From Candidatus Harpocratesius repetitus (GTDB taxonomy: Archaea > Asgardarchaeota > Lokiarchaeia > Sigyniarchaeales > Promethearchaeaceae), in the NCBI GenBank assembly GCA_021498095.1, contig JAIZWK010000001.1:960001-992000 (forward strand): DNA of 32,000 bases, written 5' to 3'. The notes under the pieces are model-generated. The model made no database searches and had not been told where the DNA came from. It saw nothing but the letters and a program-made list of their open reading frames with translations. The stretch's first letter is position 1, and every line of letters starts with the position of its first letter. Below are positions 30,311 through 32,000 of the stretch, one piece after another. The position numbers and the translations under genes are program-made.

Positions 30311-30472
30311 ATGAGAAGTGAACATCTAATGGATATAATACCGAAAATTTTTGCTTTATCTGCTTTAATAATTGCAATGCCGTTATTTTGGCCGGTGCTT
30401 TTGTTTCTATATAAATATGGAGATGAAATAATTATAGCAACATTATTGGGTCCAAATCCTGAAAAGCCATAA
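30311..30472 (+). CDS. Small single-TM membrane protein, 53 aa (below the ORF-track cutoff)
   Basis: MRSEHLMDIIPKIFALSALIIAMPLFWPVLLFLYKYGDEIIIATLLGPNPEKP*. Starts 6 nt after the previous stop and ends 21 nt before the next ATG. Confidence 0.55.
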   Translation: MRSEHLMDIIPKIFALSALIIAMPLFWPVLLFLYKYGDEIIIATLLGPNPEKP

Positions 30473-30493
30473 AAGCATAAAGAGACAATATCA

Positions 30494-30736
30494 ATGAGCA
30501 GTATATATATAGAAAATATAGGGTGTCTTTTCACAACTGTAAGTATAGTGTTAAGTGCAATGACAACTGTATTTTTTTCATCTGTTTATTTAATTTTTAA
30601 ATTTGATTTTCTGTCGCTTCAAAATGAAATTCAAGGTTTTTTTGCATTCACTATTTGTATTATTTTATTCTTTGTGATAGATGTGGTTGTTATCAATTTT
30701 TTATGGTATAACACAGGTAATCATAATTTAGTCTAA
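30494..30736 (+). CDS. Small two-TM membrane protein, 80 aa
   Basis: Two hydrophobic segments (CLFTTVSIVLSAMTTVFFSSVYLIF; FFAFTICIILFFVIDVVVINFLW), followed directly by a T9 run. Confidence 0.6.
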   Translation: MSSIYIENIGCLFTTVSIVLSAMTTVFFSSVYLIFKFDFLSLQNEIQGFFAFTICIILFFVIDVVVINFLWYNTGNHNLV

Positions 30737-30738
30737 TC

Positions 30739-30747
30739 TTTTTTTTT
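30739..30747 (+). terminator. Oligo-T archaeal-type terminator candidate
   Basis: T9 starting 2 nt after the TAA at 30734-30736. Confidence 0.45.
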
Positions 30748-30967
30748 ATATTTTTCCAAACTTTTTTAATCGATGTAAATTTCTCGCATAAGGACAAGAA
30801 GAATTAAGGTTTAAAAAATCTCAAAAAAATTTCATGTATATTATGTTCTCCTCTTGAAAAGTAAAATGAATAAAATCCAATTTAATCGCTTGTTTACTGG
30901 AAATCTTGATTGATTTTGCTGAAAGAATACCATTTTTTATAGAACAATAAATTATCTACTTCTTTCT

Positions 30968-30974
30968 AAAAAAA
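30968..30974 (-). terminator. Oligo-T terminator candidate for the nuclease gene
   Basis: T7 on the minus strand 2 nt after the TAA at 30977-30979. Confidence 0.35.
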
Positions 30975-30976
30975 TT

Positions 30977-31999
30977 TTAAACATATGGATCAGGAAGTAT
31001 TACATATTTAATAAAACCGTAAGAAGTATCTTCTATCTGTTGATTGAATCGGAGATACAATTTAGTTTTGGTCTGATCGAATCCATATGCGATTCCTATA
31101 TTAAATCCTTTTATTCTCATATCATTCACTAATTGTCCAATAAGTTCATCCATTGCGGTATTATTTTCGATTTTTTTAATTTCTATTGCTAATTTATCAT
31201 CTATAGTGATATCTATATGAGATCTTCCACATAATCTTGGATGTAATTTAACATTTTGAAAATGTTTCGTTAATTCTTTGACAATTGTAGGATTTATTCC
31301 AGTATCTTCATTAGGTAATTCATTTGGAAATAGATCTTTTATTGGGAGATCATTCAAAATTTTAGCCACTTTATTTAATAATGGATCTATAAAGTTAGGT
31401 ATTTCTAATCCTTTCTTTCTCCTATCCGAAATTAACATCTGAATTCCCTTTTGAGAACCAATGTCTTGAAATCTCTCTTGACTGCTTTTAGCAATTCTTT
31501 CAAAAATACTTCTTAACACAGGAGATTCTGATTTTTTTATGTCTTCAAGGATTTCATGAAGAATGTGAAGCGATTTTTGATAAGTTCGATAACATTCATT
31601 ATAAGAATTTGTATTTACTAAATCATTTTGCAATTCAGGAATATCTTGCCATTTTTTAAGCAAGATCAAAATTCCTGATGGAAGATCTGACTCATATTCT
31701 TTTATATCATTTTTCAGCTGTCTGCAGTGTTTATTTATAGTTTCAACAGTATCAGAAATTAAATATATAAGATCTTCAATAATTTTCCAAGTAGGTTCAC
31801 ATGAATGTTTTTTAGCATATTTTTTCTCATAATTGCCAAATAAATTAAATAATTCATTAAATAGCAATTTGACTTTTCTAAACACTTTTTTTTCTATTTC
31901 GATTCGAATTTTATGCTGCAAAATATTGATTTTTAATTCTTCTTTTTCTTCTTCCGAAGTACTAACCGTAATCGCTTTTTCGTTGTAAATAATTACTTT
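30977..31999 (-). CDS. PD-(D/E)xK restriction-endonuclease-fold protein with helical N-terminal region; 5'-partial (>=340 aa)
   Basis: C-terminal CGRSHIDITIDDKLAIEIKK...DELIGQL has the D...IE-x-K catalytic pattern. The frame stays open upstream of the track's TTG at 31921 to the window edge (KVIIYNEKAITVSTSEEEKEELKINILQHK...), so the true start is outside the window. Confidence 0.8.
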   Translation of the reverse strand, partial: KVIIYNEKAITVSTSEEEKEELKINILQHKIRIEIEKKVFRKVKLLFNELFNLFGNYEKKYAKKHSCEPTWKIIEDLIYLISDTVETINKHCRQLKNDIKEYESDLPSGILILLKKWQDIPELQNDLVNTNSYNECYRTYQKSLHILHEILEDIKKSESPVLRSIFERIAKSSQERFQDIGSQKGIQMLISDRRKKGLEIPNFIDPLLNKVAKILNDLPIKDLFPNELPNEDTGINPTIVKELTKHFQNVKLHPRLCGRSHIDITIDDKLAIEIKKIENNTAMDELIGQLVNDMRIKGFNIGIAYGFDQTKTKLYLRFNQQIEDTSYGFIKYVILPDPYV

Positions 32000-32000
32000 T

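Noticed and set aside
30256-30534. 92-aa minus-strand ORF in the track
   Set aside because: Overlaps three tightly packed plus-strand ORFs that form a more coherent unit; likely a shadow.

Overview
About 91% of this window is one uninterrupted minus-strand reading frame that the ORF track does not list, probably because it has no stop codon inside the window. It starts at ATG 29254 and runs off the left edge. I read every codon by hand and found no stop, giving at least 9,751 aa (over 1 MDa). From N to C terminus the protein has: a five-helix membrane anchor with an extracellular Ig loop; Ig-like repeats; three H-type-lectin-like repeats; a ~1,150-residue helical/coiled-coil insertion inside what looks like a single Ig domain, with mirror-symmetric breaks suggesting a ~70 nm antiparallel hairpin; an Ig array; FG-GAP beta-propeller blades; more beta domains; DxDGDG-type loops; and a hydrophobic helix-PEP-helix hairpin. 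It ends in a basic, AT-rich tip of at least ~490 aa with no N-glycosylation sequons. This layout resembles a giant membrane-tethered adhesin carrying a swappable C-terminal effector, i.e. a polymorphic toxin-like protein (inference). The Ig-repeat style, abundant sequons and TATA/oligo-T signals point to an archaeon, plausibly Asgard (inference). The right end holds three small divergent genes (118, 53 and 80 aa; the 53-aa gene is not in the track) and a 5'-partial PD-(D/E)xK nuclease gene. I found no rRNA, tRNA, CRISPR array or transposase.
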